Source: Candidatus Poribacteria bacterium (GTDB taxonomy: Bacteria > Poribacteria > WGA-4E > WGA-3G). From it: a stretch of 64,000 nucleotides of DNA. A program made the position numbers and the translations under genes. This document shows positions 1-9,141 of this stretch, piece by piece (the stretch's first letter is position 1; each line of letters begins with the position of its first letter). The notes under the pieces were generated by a model. The model was given only the letters and a program-made list of their open reading frames with translations, was not told the origin of the DNA and did no database searches. The DNA lies in assembly GCA_963665235.2 (NCBI GenBank), contig CAXXLX010000001.1, positions 1,600,001-1,664,000 of the forward strand, read 5' to 3'.

Positions 1-2765
1 AAAGGGGGCTAACCACGCCATCTCAAACGGATAGCCTGCGTCGTGAAGCTCCGAGACGACCTCCTGCATATCAGAATGCACATAGTGGGGAAGCATAAAT
101 CGGTCGTGTAATTCTGTTCCCCAGCGTACCAGTTTTGCCTTGTACGGTGTCCGCCAAAATTTAGCGACCAATGCCCGAATCAGCAGCATCTGAACGACAC
201 TCATCCGTGCATGTGGCGGCATCTCAAAAGCACGCATTTCCAGCAACCCTAGCCTGCCCGAAGCGGAGTCCGGGGAATAGAGTTTATCAATACAGAATTC
301 AGCCCGATGTGTGTTGCCTGTCAAATCGACGAGCAGATGCCGTAGCAACCGGTCTATTAGCCAGAGCGGTGTTTCTGTCGGTTTGTTCTTAATCGCGCTA
401 GGGAGCTCGTTCCCACTTTCAGGTATCTGCTGAAATGCTACCTCAAGTTCATAAAGTTGTTCATCGCGGCCCTCATCTACACGCGGTGCCTGGCTGGTCG
501 GCCCGATAAAACTCCCCGAAAAGAGATAGGACAAACCGGGGTGATGCTGCCAATAGGTGATAAGACTCCGCAGCAGGTGCGGTTGACGCAACAACGGACT
601 ATCCGCGGGGGTTGGCCCTCCGAGGATAATGTGATTGCCACCCCCCGTTCCAGTGTGCCGCCCATCTAACATAAACTTTTCTGCACTGAGCCTCGCCAAA
701 CGGGCATCCGCATAGACCGTTGTGATGTTATGTACCAATTCATCCCAATTTTCCGCTGGATGGATATTCACCTCTATTACCCCAGGGTCCGGCGTGACGC
801 TCAAAGACTGAATTCGCCAGTCCTGTGGTACCTCATAGCCTTCAAGAATTATCGGCATTTCCAACGTTTCCGCAGTCGTCTCAATTGCTTGTAGGAGTGA
901 GAGATAATGTTCTATATGCGTTACAGGCGGCATGAAAACGTGCAGTCGTCCCTCACGCGGTTCTACACACAATGCTGTGCGAATGACGTTTTTCCCTTCC
1001 TGCGCGGCGTTCGCGGTGTCTACCGTATCGCTAACGGGCGAGGAGACCTCGCCCCTACGAAGGGTGTCGGCGGAGGGGATGTCCGGGTCACGCGGTTCCA
1101 GCGGGTCACGTTCGTAAAAAGCTCTTCTGCTTCCGGTTCAACCCACGGCAAAGATTCCAGCGGTAGGCGCAGCCCTATCGGTGAATCGCCGGGGATTAAG
1201 AACATCTGTTCACTCCTAAAGTGCCACGCGCAACTCTCCCAGGTATCATCTTTAAGATTCCACCGTAGCGGTACTACGTAACCTATCGGTTCACCTATTT
1301 TATCGGTTCGTAGCAGTTGTAGCAACCGTTGTCGTTCCGAGTGTTCCTTAAAATTAAAATCATGTGGGTCAATGTTTACAGGCAGCTTCCCCTCTGTCCA
1401 GAGGAAAAACACTATATCTTCATAGGCGGGTCTGATATAGTCTGAATCAATGTTCAGTGAATTTGCCAAGTGCTGTATAAACTGCTCGGCATGTGCACTG
1501 TCAAACCCGTAATCTTTATAAGGCTCAGCGAGTAGCGTGTCGTTTTGCCAGATTCGGGTGCCATCTTTTCGCCAAAAACACCCGAATTTCCAACGGGGCA
1601 GCGGTTCGCCAGGGTACCATTTCCCCTGACAATATGTGAGGACACCGCCGGGCCCGAAGCTGTTCCGCAACCGCTTCAAAAGTTCAGCGGCTAACTTGCG
1701 TTTTTCCGGGCTATCCGCCTCCGTATCCCATTCAGGACTTTCCATGTCGTCCACTGATACAAAGGTCGGTTCACCGCCCATTGTCAAGCGGATATCGTCC
1801 CGAACTATCGCTTCATCCACCTGATGCCCAAGCGCATTAATAGCAGCCCATTGGGAATCGGTATAAGGTTTTGTAACGCGCGGGTCTTCGTGGATACGTT
1901 GTACCGTGTTGTTATAGGTAAATGTCGTTTCACACGAGTCTGTGTAACCCGTGACAGGGGCGGCACTCACCGGGTCAGCGACACATGCCAACGGAATATG
2001 CCCTTCACCAGCAAATAAGCCGGACGTTGGGTCGAGACCTATCCATCCCGCCCCTGGTGCGTAAACCTCACACCATGCATGCAAATCGGTGAAATCCTGC
2101 GGGGGACCAGCAGGCCCGTCTACCGGTTTCTGATCGGCGGTTAGCTGAACGAGATACCCTGAGACAAAACGCGCAGCGAGCCCCAAATGCCGCAAAATCT
2201 GAACCAGCAACCATCCGCTATCGCGACATGAACCGGTTCGCTTCTCCAACGTCACATCACAAGGCAGCACCCCCGGTTCCATCCGAATTGTATATTTTAT
2301 ATCCTCCCAAAGGCGGCGATTGATGCCTACCAAGAAATCAATCAATTTTTGTTCCGACCTGTCAATATCTCCCAACCACGTCGTAAGACGTTCACCGCTC
2401 TCCTTAACCTGTAGGAACGGAGCTAACTCCTTTTTCAGTTGGGGTTCGTACTTAAATGGATACCGTTCAGCCGTTTCCTCAAGAAAAAAATCGAACGGAT
2501 TGATGACCGTCATATTCGCAACCACATCGACTTCAAGCGATAAAACACGGGTAGGTTCCGGAAAGACAACTCGGGCCTGATAATTGCCGAACGGATCTTG
2601 TTGCCAATTGATAAAGTGATTTTCAGGTTCAATTTTGAGGGAATACGTCTCAATCGGTGTCCGACAATGAGCCGCAGGCTTCAAACGAAAAATATGCGGT
2701 GAGAGCCAAACCAAGCGGTCATATTGATACAAAGATTTGTGATTGATTGCCACACGAATTGCCAT
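1..2765 (-). CDS. Transglutaminase family protein fused to DUF2126 putative amidoligase; frameshift at ~1116-1120; 3' end outside the window
   Basis: N-part has GSCRDSGWLLVQILRHLGLAARFVSGY and DLHAWCEVY. After the A5 run at 1116-1120 a second minus frame continues without stops to base 1: YERDPLEPRDP, VIRTALCVEPREGRLHVFMPP, TPDPGVIEVNIHP, GRHTGTGGGNH, GNTHRAEFCIDKLYSPD, LLEMRAFEMPPH. Confidence 0.9.
1031..1059 (-). repeat. GTAG-type REP palindrome (CGTAGGGGCGAGGTCTCCTCGCCCG) inside the CDS
   Basis: 1035-1059 is the reverse complement of 18517-18541; similar to ~25583-25606. Confidence 0.85.
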
Positions 2766-2785
2766 AAGCTTTCCTTATCTGTTTC

Positions 2786-3770
2786 TCACTGCGTTTGATA
2801 TTGACCTGCTACAGATTCTTTATTGACAGGCCGCAGCGCGAAAAACGTTTTGTAAATATCGTTGCCGACTAGGTTGAGTTTCGTTTGGAATGCGTCAAGA
2901 AACTCATGCAACCCACTCGCGAGAATCCGATCGACTTGGGCATAAGCGAACTCGGACCGAAGTTGTCCTAAACCCTGCTCAGCAGAATTTGAGAACGTTT
3001 CCAGAGGTGTACCAGAAATGGCGTGAAGCGATTCTTCCGCTTTGGAGAGACAGTAGAGCACGGAACGCGGAAATTCGCGGTCAAGCAGCAGAAAAGCAAC
3101 CACTTTGTTGGGAGCGATAAGCCCATGCATTCGGCGATACATCTCGAAAGCACTTGCAGAATGCAGCAGTGCCCCCCATTGAATGTCATCGTAAGGCGTA
3201 TTCATATCCTCTATCGAGGGAAGCAGAATGAAGTATTTCACATCAACGATACGCGATGTTTTATCGGCACGTTCTATCAGCCGCCCCAATTGGCAGAAGT
3301 GCCACGCTTCACCGTGTGACATGATGTTATCGGTTTGTCCCATGAATAGATGCGATGCAACTTTGATGTCTGTAAAGAATTGATGCGGTTCCGCCATCGC
3401 CCACTCCTCCGATGTCTCGGTCACCATTAGGTATGCATCGTTTAGCTGCTCCCACATTTCGGAGGGGATATTTTCGCGAATAGAGCGTGCATTTTCACGC
3501 GCTGCACGCAGACAGGAGATAATGGAATTCGGATTTTCAACGTCAAATGTCAAAAACCGGATAACCGCCTCCCGGGAGGGCTCACCATACCGTTCCGCGA
3601 ACACCTCGTCATCTCCCGTTGTAGCAACCAAGCGGCTCCCACTGCGTCTGCATACCTCCCCGCTGATCGAGGATAAGTTGTAGGTTGACATCAACAAACC
3701 GTGCCACATTTTCAGCGCGTTCAATATATCGACTCATCCAATAAATTGATTCCGCAACACGACTCAGCAT
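2786..3770 (-). CDS. Alpha-E domain protein (DUF403), +1 frameshift at ~3629-3632
   Basis: ATG at 3770 gives [29 protein letters not shown]...QWEPL, then the frame shifts to VATTGDD...[10 protein letters not shown]...[18 protein letters not shown]. Span is 985 nt (3n+1). Confidence 0.88.
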
Positions 3771-3779
3771 AGTTTTCAC

Positions 3780-5222
3780 CTATATTTGTCCGGACACCAC
3801 CCACGTATCCTTGCTACCGCCACCTTGCGATGAATTTACCACTAGCGACCCCTTTTTGAGTGCAACACGAGTTAAGCCCCCCGGCAGCACATAAATATCC
3901 TCTCCGTAAAGGATGAACGGACGTAAATCGACGTGTCTGCCTTCAAAGTTGCGGTCAATTAACACAGGCACCCGCGAGAGTGAGAGCGTCGGTTGCGCGA
4001 TGTAGTTACGCGGGTTCTGTTTGATTCGATTCGCAAACTCTTCGTGCTCAGCCCGTGTTGCATGCGGACCGATTAACATACCGTACCCACCGGACTGATT
4101 CGCCTCTTTTACAACTAATTTGTCGAGATTCTCCAAAACGTATTTCTGCTCGGATTCCTCCCAGCACATGTATGTCGGAACGTTCGGAATAATTATATCT
4201 TCTCCGAGATAGTATTTGATAATCTTCGGCACAAATGCACAAACCACTTTGTCATCCGCAACGCAGGTCCCGGGGGCATTGATTAACGCAAGCTGCCCCG
4301 ATTTGTAAACCTCCATCAGCCCAGGCACCCCGAGAATAGAGTCGTCCCGGAATACATCCGGATCGAGGAAGTCGTCGTTAATACGGCGATAGATAACATC
4401 AACCCGCTCGAAACCTTTAGTGGTTCGCATGTGCACATACCCATCCATCACAACCAGATCGCGGCCTTCAACCAATTCAACCCCCATCTGCTGTGCAAGG
4501 AAAGAGTGCTCAAAGTAGGCGGAGTTGTAAATACCTGGAGTCAAAACCGCAATTTTAGGAGAGGCAACCCTGTCGCTCACGAGGTATTGCAGCATATTCA
4601 GCAGATGACTCGGATAATCCTCTACCGGTTGAATCTGGGACCGTTCAAAGAGCTGTGGAAACGTCCGCTTCATGAGTTGCCGATTTTCCACTACATAAGA
4701 GACACCGGAGGGACAACCGAGATTATCTTCCAGGACATACATCTGTCCATCGCTATCCCGCACGAGGTCTGTCCCTGTGATGTGACACCATATTCCACGC
4801 GGTGGGTCTAAACCGATGCACGGCTCAAGGTAACGCTCCGAGGAAAGCACCACCTCCGGCGGAATAACCTTGTCTTTCAGAATTTTCTGGTCATGGTACA
4901 CGTCATCAATGAACAGATTCAGGGCTTGAATCCGCTGTTTGAGACCCCGTTCTATCCATTGCCATTCGTTGGCATCTATAATGCGCGGAATAAGGTCAAA
5001 CGGAAAAATTCTTTCCACACCCTGCTCGTCCGCGTAGACGTTGAAGGTAATCCCCATGCGGAGCAGCGCGTGTTCAGCGGTAATTTGGCGGCGAATGAAT
5101 TCCCCATCTGGAAGGTTATTAATCCGCTCCACCAACATCTGAGCAGCGGCGCGCGCGCTTCCATCCGGAAAAAACATCTCATCATAAAATTCGTCTGTTT
5201 TGTATCCATCAAATGCTGCCAT
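3780..5222 (-). CDS. Circularly permuted type 2 ATP-grasp protein (DUF404/DUF407)
   Basis: ERIFPFDLIPR, VLEDNLGCPSGVSY, LTPGIYNSAYFEHSFLA, HVDLRPF, VVNSSQGGGSKDTWV. Confidence 0.95.
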   Translation of the reverse strand: MAAFDGYKTDEFYDEMFFPDGSARAAAQMLVERINNLPDGEFIRRQITAEHALLRMGITFNVYADEQGVERIFPFDLIPRIIDANEWQWIERGLKQRIQALNLFIDDVYHDQKILKDKVIPPEVVLSSERYLEPCIGLDPPRGIWCHITGTDLVRDSDGQMYVLEDNLGCPSGVSYVVENRQLMKRTFPQLFERSQIQPVEDYPSHLLNMLQYLVSDRVASPKIAVLTPGIYNSAYFEHSFLAQQMGVELVEGRDLVVMDGYVHMRTTKGFERVDVIYRRINDDFLDPDVFRDDSILGVPGLMEVYKSGQLALINAPGTCVADDKVVCAFVPKIIKYYLGEDIIIPNVPTYMCWEESEQKYVLENLDKLVVKEANQSGGYGMLIGPHATRAEHEEFANRIKQNPRNYIAQPTLSLSRVPVLIDRNFEGRHVDLRPFILYGEDIYVLPGGLTRVALKKGSLVVNSSQGGGSKDTWVVSGQI

Positions 5223-5234
5223 GGCAGTGTCCCC

Positions 5235-6602
5235 TTACTTCGCCAAATCTTTTGCCTGTTTGAACTTCTGTTTTGCAAATTGTCCCCACTCCTTGATCTT
5301 CTCATTGCGATAGATAGGGTTTTTCCAGTCAGTCGGTGCGATTTTCAGTGCCTCCGCTTCGGATATCGGCAGTTGCACCAACGCGGCAATTGCTGCGTCG
5401 CGTTTTTCACGGTTTTTACACTTCCGAATCGCCTTCCATGCATCGACGAGGTCTTTATGCGAATCTATGATAAGCACACCGAAAATATCATTGACGATAT
5501 CCCAGCGGGTACCCCCCTTGTCTGCATCGTAGGGAAAAGGGGTTATCTCCAATGCAAACGGGTTCGTTACAATGCACCGTTCCCCCAATTTATCGTAAAG
5601 TGCGGGGAGGACACTCGCCCGGTTCAGCCCGCCTTTCCATTTAGGTCCCTCTGGGTCAGTGTCTCGGAGCATCCAAAGTTTCTGTGCCTGTTCGGATAAA
5701 ACAAATTCGAGAAACTTTTGCGCGACCGCCATATTCGGTGCACCCTTGAGGATAGCAATTGAATCGGGATTGATGACTGCACCATCGGTTGGCACGACGT
5801 ACTTAATTTTATCTGTTCCGACTACAGCAATTTGACTATAGGCGTAAAAATCAATTGCAAGTCCATAAATGACCTGTCCATCGACGACATCTTTAGGAAT
5901 AGCATTCGCTCCTGCGGAGAATCCTCTGACATTCGCCCCAATTTTCGTCAGGAGCGCAAATCCTTTTTCCCAACCGTGTGTTTGCAGGATAATTTCGTAC
6001 ATCATGTGTGCAGAGCCGCTCTCTCTCGGATCGGCCGCACCAATTTTATTGAACAACGCCATATCGCCCAGGTCATCCCAGGTCGCCGCTTCGGGAAGTT
6101 GGAGCAGTGCACGGAGCTGCTCGTTGTACATAATGCCGAAACTGGATAACGCTGCCCCGTACCATCGATGTTGTGCGTCATAGATAGGAATTCCATGGAA
6201 CGATTGCGGAATCTGCTCTAACTGTGGTTCAGGAAGTTTGTAAGGGCTCAACACCTCCATGCTAGCGAGGCGGAGATAGCTATCGGTGCCGCCGCCAAAA
6301 AATATATCAACGCCGATACCCGCCGGCACCCGTTTAAACTCGGAGTCAATAAAACGAAAATTGGAAGAAGTGCCACCTACATCTCGCCAATCTGTTTTGA
6401 CCGTTCTACCGGTCTGTGTCTCATACCACTTCTCAAAATTCTTGCCGAATTCTGTCTCAATACTTTCTGGGTGCGGTGAGATAATGATAAGTTCATCTTG
6501 GGCAGATACGGCAGCGGGTAGTGCCAATAGGCAGAGCAGGACTCCGCACATTGCAATATGGAAAACACTTAAGTTCCGCCGCAGCGGTTTTAAATAGGAC
6601 AT
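5235..6602 (-). CDS. ABC transporter extracellular solute-binding protein (Fe3+/family-1-like)
   Basis: Signal peptide ending VSA|QDE; LIIISPH, DIFFGGG, ADPRESGS, INPDSIAILKGAPN. Start 6602 or 6611, after GGAGG. Confidence 0.82.
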   Translation of the reverse strand: MSYLKPLRRNLSVFHIAMCGVLLCLLALPAAVSAQDELIIISPHPESIETEFGKNFEKWYETQTGRTVKTDWRDVGGTSSNFRFIDSEFKRVPAGIGVDIFFGGGTDSYLRLASMEVLSPYKLPEPQLEQIPQSFHGIPIYDAQHRWYGAALSSFGIMYNEQLRALLQLPEAATWDDLGDMALFNKIGAADPRESGSAHMMYEIILQTHGWEKGFALLTKIGANVRGFSAGANAIPKDVVDGQVIYGLAIDFYAYSQIAVVGTDKIKYVVPTDGAVINPDSIAILKGAPNMAVAQKFLEFVLSEQAQKLWMLRDTDPEGPKWKGGLNRASVLPALYDKLGERCIVTNPFALEITPFPYDADKGGTRWDIVNDIFGVLIIDSHKDLVDAWKAIRKCKNREKRDAAIAALVQLPISEAEALKIAPTDWKNPIYRNEKIKEWGQFAKQKFKQAKDLAK

Positions 6603-6643
6603 TTGAATCATGCGCCTCCGTTTTCTGTTTTGTGTAAACTTGA

Positions 6644-6781
6644 CTATATTAAGGATACGATGGCCGGCATTTTCCAGACCAAAATGAGGATAGCCGCCAG
6701 CAAAATGAGGTACCACACCATCATTGCTCGAGCCTGCTTTTTTTTCAAAAGCCGCCGGCGGGGCGGTCTTGTCAGTTTCAT
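6644..6781 (-). CDS. Small 45-aa single-pass membrane protein
   Basis: GAAGGAG 7 nt before ATG; basic N-terminus MKLTRPPRRRLLKKK followed by a hydrophobic helix; co-oriented upstream of the binding protein. Confidence 0.6.
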   Translation of the reverse strand: MKLTRPPRRRLLKKKQARAMMVWYLILLAAILILVWKMPAIVSLI

Positions 6782-6939
6782 AGATATGCTCCTTCGCTGT
6801 GAATCAACAGTACGCTTCTCACTTGTATGGGGTTCACAATCCCGACATCTTTTATGCATCATGATAGCATATAGCGTTGGAAAATGTCAAATCAAATTTT
6901 ACATCGGGTGTGTAAAGTTTTTGAGCGCACATTTTTTTC

Positions 6940-6969
6940 TTGACAAAATCTCCCATTTTCTTGTAAAAT
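6940..6969 (+). promoter_or_regulatory. Sigma70-like promoter
   Basis: TTGACA-18 nt-TAAAAT upstream of the 7021 gene. Confidence 0.55.
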
Positions 6970-7020
6970 AAAAACATTCAAAATTTTCTTTTTTTGTAAA
7001 ATGAAAAGGAGGAAACCCGA

Positions 7021-7839
7021 ATGAACAAAAACGTAGTCAGAGGACTCATTGTCCTCACTATATTAATCGGCATTATCGGTATGCTGTGGTTAAAGCAGCG
7101 GAACGCCGACACCTCACCTGAAATTATCTATGAACCGGGACCCCCGGAAGTCGTAGAGCGGATTCAGCGAGACAGGGAGGTGGCGCCGGAGGTGGATAAG
7201 GTGGACAATCCTCCCGAAGCTGATGCCCCTCGCGAAACAGCTGCTGAAGTGCTGGCTTCAACAGAAAAAACCTTTCCTCGAACGCGCGCCGAGTTTGAAG
7301 CACTCCCGCTTGAGGAACAAGAGGCACTCAAACATGCGGCAGAAGCTGTCTATTGGAAAGGAAGAGGCCTCGAGCCACCACCGCCTGGATACACCTATCG
7401 CCAAAATCAAGATGGGTATCACCTCGTTAAACGTGGAGAACCGCTCTTCAGAGTTACCTGGGATAACTTTGGGTATCATAACGACCACCAACTGAGTGAT
7501 GCCGAATGGGAAGAGTATAAGGCGTTAGAGATTATCGTAATGGGGTATTTCAATACAGAGACACGGCGGGCACAGGCAACCCCCGAAGTCGTTGCTTTGG
7601 CAAAAGAACGGTACGAGAAACTCAGAGAGAAAACCTGGGGGCCTATGCCCAGTGTATCGGTGAGTGCGTCAGGCGGCCTTTGGAACAATCTCTCTACACA
7701 GGAGGGGTATGAGAGAATTAATAGGCTAGCTATGGAAAAATTAGACTCACTTCTTCCGCCACCCAGAAGTGCTCGTATTGCTAATGCGGTTGTGGATAGA
7801 CTGATAATAGAACTTAAAGCTGAATTAGAGGAGGAATAA
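7021..7839 (+). CDS. Hypothetical N-terminally membrane-anchored protein
   Basis: 272-aa ORF with strong RBS AAGGAGG and an N-terminal TM helix. Confidence 0.8.
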   Translation: MNKNVVRGLIVLTILIGIIGMLWLKQRNADTSPEIIYEPGPPEVVERIQRDREVAPEVDKVDNPPEADAPRETAAEVLASTEKTFPRTRAEFEALPLEEQEALKHAAEAVYWKGRGLEPPPPGYTYRQNQDGYHLVKRGEPLFRVTWDNFGYHNDHQLSDAEWEEYKALEIIVMGYFNTETRRAQATPEVVALAKERYEKLREKTWGPMPSVSVSASGGLWNNLSTQEGYERINRLAMEKLDSLLPPPRSARIANAVVDRLIIELKAELEEE

Positions 7840-7848
7840 CTATGAAAT

Positions 7849-8859
7849 ATGTTTGTTTGTTTGTTTGTTTGTTTAACGCTTCTTTATCACAGTCCGGAAG
7901 CAGATGCTGACATTCGCGCACTGGCAGCAGTTCCCAATCCTATTGCAGGGGCTGCGGTCATGCCAGGTAAACATCGAAATGTCACCATAACTTATAATAC
8001 TAATGGTGACATTATTGACTTAAAGGAAGCAGGTATCTATCTTGTGGTTAATGCTGGGGTTGTGGCAGATGGTTTCGGACAAATTGCTATGACTACGTCA
8101 GGTGAACTGAAGAAAGGCGGGAAGACTGTTACCACGCTTTCGGAGGGGCAGACGATAGAGAGTATCGGATGGAATTTTTTCGGATTTCATTTTAATGAAC
8201 TCACGGCCGTGTATTGTTCGGCAGTTGGAGTATATAATGCCTCTAAATGTGAAGAGACAGGAAGTTTTATACTCGAAGGACTGAGTATTTATGCGTCGAC
8301 AACTTCAAGGTCAAAAGTAACGATAAAGTCGGGGGTGTTTTCCATTGAAAGTGGGGGCGGCTCGAGCACGATTAAATCGTCTAAACCGATGAAGGCCAGC
8401 TATCCATTTTCTATCGGCTGTACAGAATTGCATCAATCAAGGGGTGAAGACGACAGCGGGGACGAGGATGGCAGCCTCGGCATAGCAGATCAGGAGTTGC
8501 CAGCGGTAGCTGGTCTATGGCCGGTGGGTCTCTCTGAGATGCCGTCTCCTGGTAGCACCTACAATATGCTGTTGAATACGGATTCCCCTTATTATTGGGT
8601 GGATTTGTATGTGCAGGCACCTTGGGAGACAAGTAGCACCAGTATCAGCAGTCATTCTGGGGATGGAACGTCAAACTCAGTGACATTTAGTTATACCTTC
8701 CCGAGTGGTGCCATGAATACAGGCGATTTTCTGATAACAGCTACCATTTATCGCTGGTCTGATATGTCATACTACGAGGAGACGCATACCGTGCCTGTAG
8801 AAGTGAACAACACTCCAAACTGCAATTTATGCCTGAACGGGTGTTCTTCGTGTCAGTAA
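7849..8859 (+). CDS. Hypothetical secreted protein with TDxPY..V.(W/L)YV beta domain and Cys-rich tail
   Basis: Signal peptide (EADA|); C-terminal domain resembles those of the 16506 and 26410 proteins; ends CNLCLNGCSSCQ. The best-spaced ATG (7842) is out of frame because of (GTTT)6. Confidence 0.78.
   Translation: MFVCLFVCLTLLYHSPEADADIRALAAVPNPIAGAAVMPGKHRNVTITYNTNGDIIDLKEAGIYLVVNAGVVADGFGQIAMTTSGELKKGGKTVTTLSEGQTIESIGWNFFGFHFNELTAVYCSAVGVYNASKCEETGSFILEGLSIYASTTSRSKVTIKSGVFSIESGGGSSTIKSSKPMKASYPFSIGCTELHQSRGEDDSGDEDGSLGIADQELPAVAGLWPVGLSEMPSPGSTYNMLLNTDSPYYWVDLYVQAPWETSSTSISSHSGDGTSNSVTFSYTFPSGAMNTGDFLITATIYRWSDMSYYEETHTVPVEVNNTPNCNLCLNGCSSCQ
7851..7874 (+). repeat. (GTTT)6 simple sequence repeat in the signal-peptide coding region
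   Basis: Six perfect GTTT units. Confidence 0.9.
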
Positions 8860-9083
8860 CCCACTCGGGCGCAACCATGAAACACAGTCAGCCACCGTCT
8901 CCGGGCGGTGGTATCTCTTTGCCTCTTAAACGTGCATTCTGCAACCGGCCACTGTTTCCGGGCGGTGGCCCCCTCTTTTTACTCTTCCTTGCACCGCCAC
9001 CTCCTACCCGCTTCCGTTATGACAGCTTCACCAAACGCTTCAAAATTTTTATTTCAAATTTTAACAAAATATTTACATACCCC

Positions 9084-9113
9084 TTGACAACACATCAACT
9101 TGTCAACTATAAT
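9084..9113 (+). promoter_or_regulatory. Sigma70 promoter overlapped by the inverted repeat TTGACAA-N9-TTGTCAA
   Basis: TTGACA 9084-9089 and TATAAT 9108-9113; palindrome 9084-9106. Confidence 0.6.
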
Positions 9114-9141
9114 TAATAGAAATCCGTTAAAGGAGATATTG

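Noticed and set aside
1020-1115. C-terminus of the 581-aa ORF as the true protein end
   Set aside because: This is out-of-frame sequence after the frameshift; conserved DUF2126 motifs continue in another frame.
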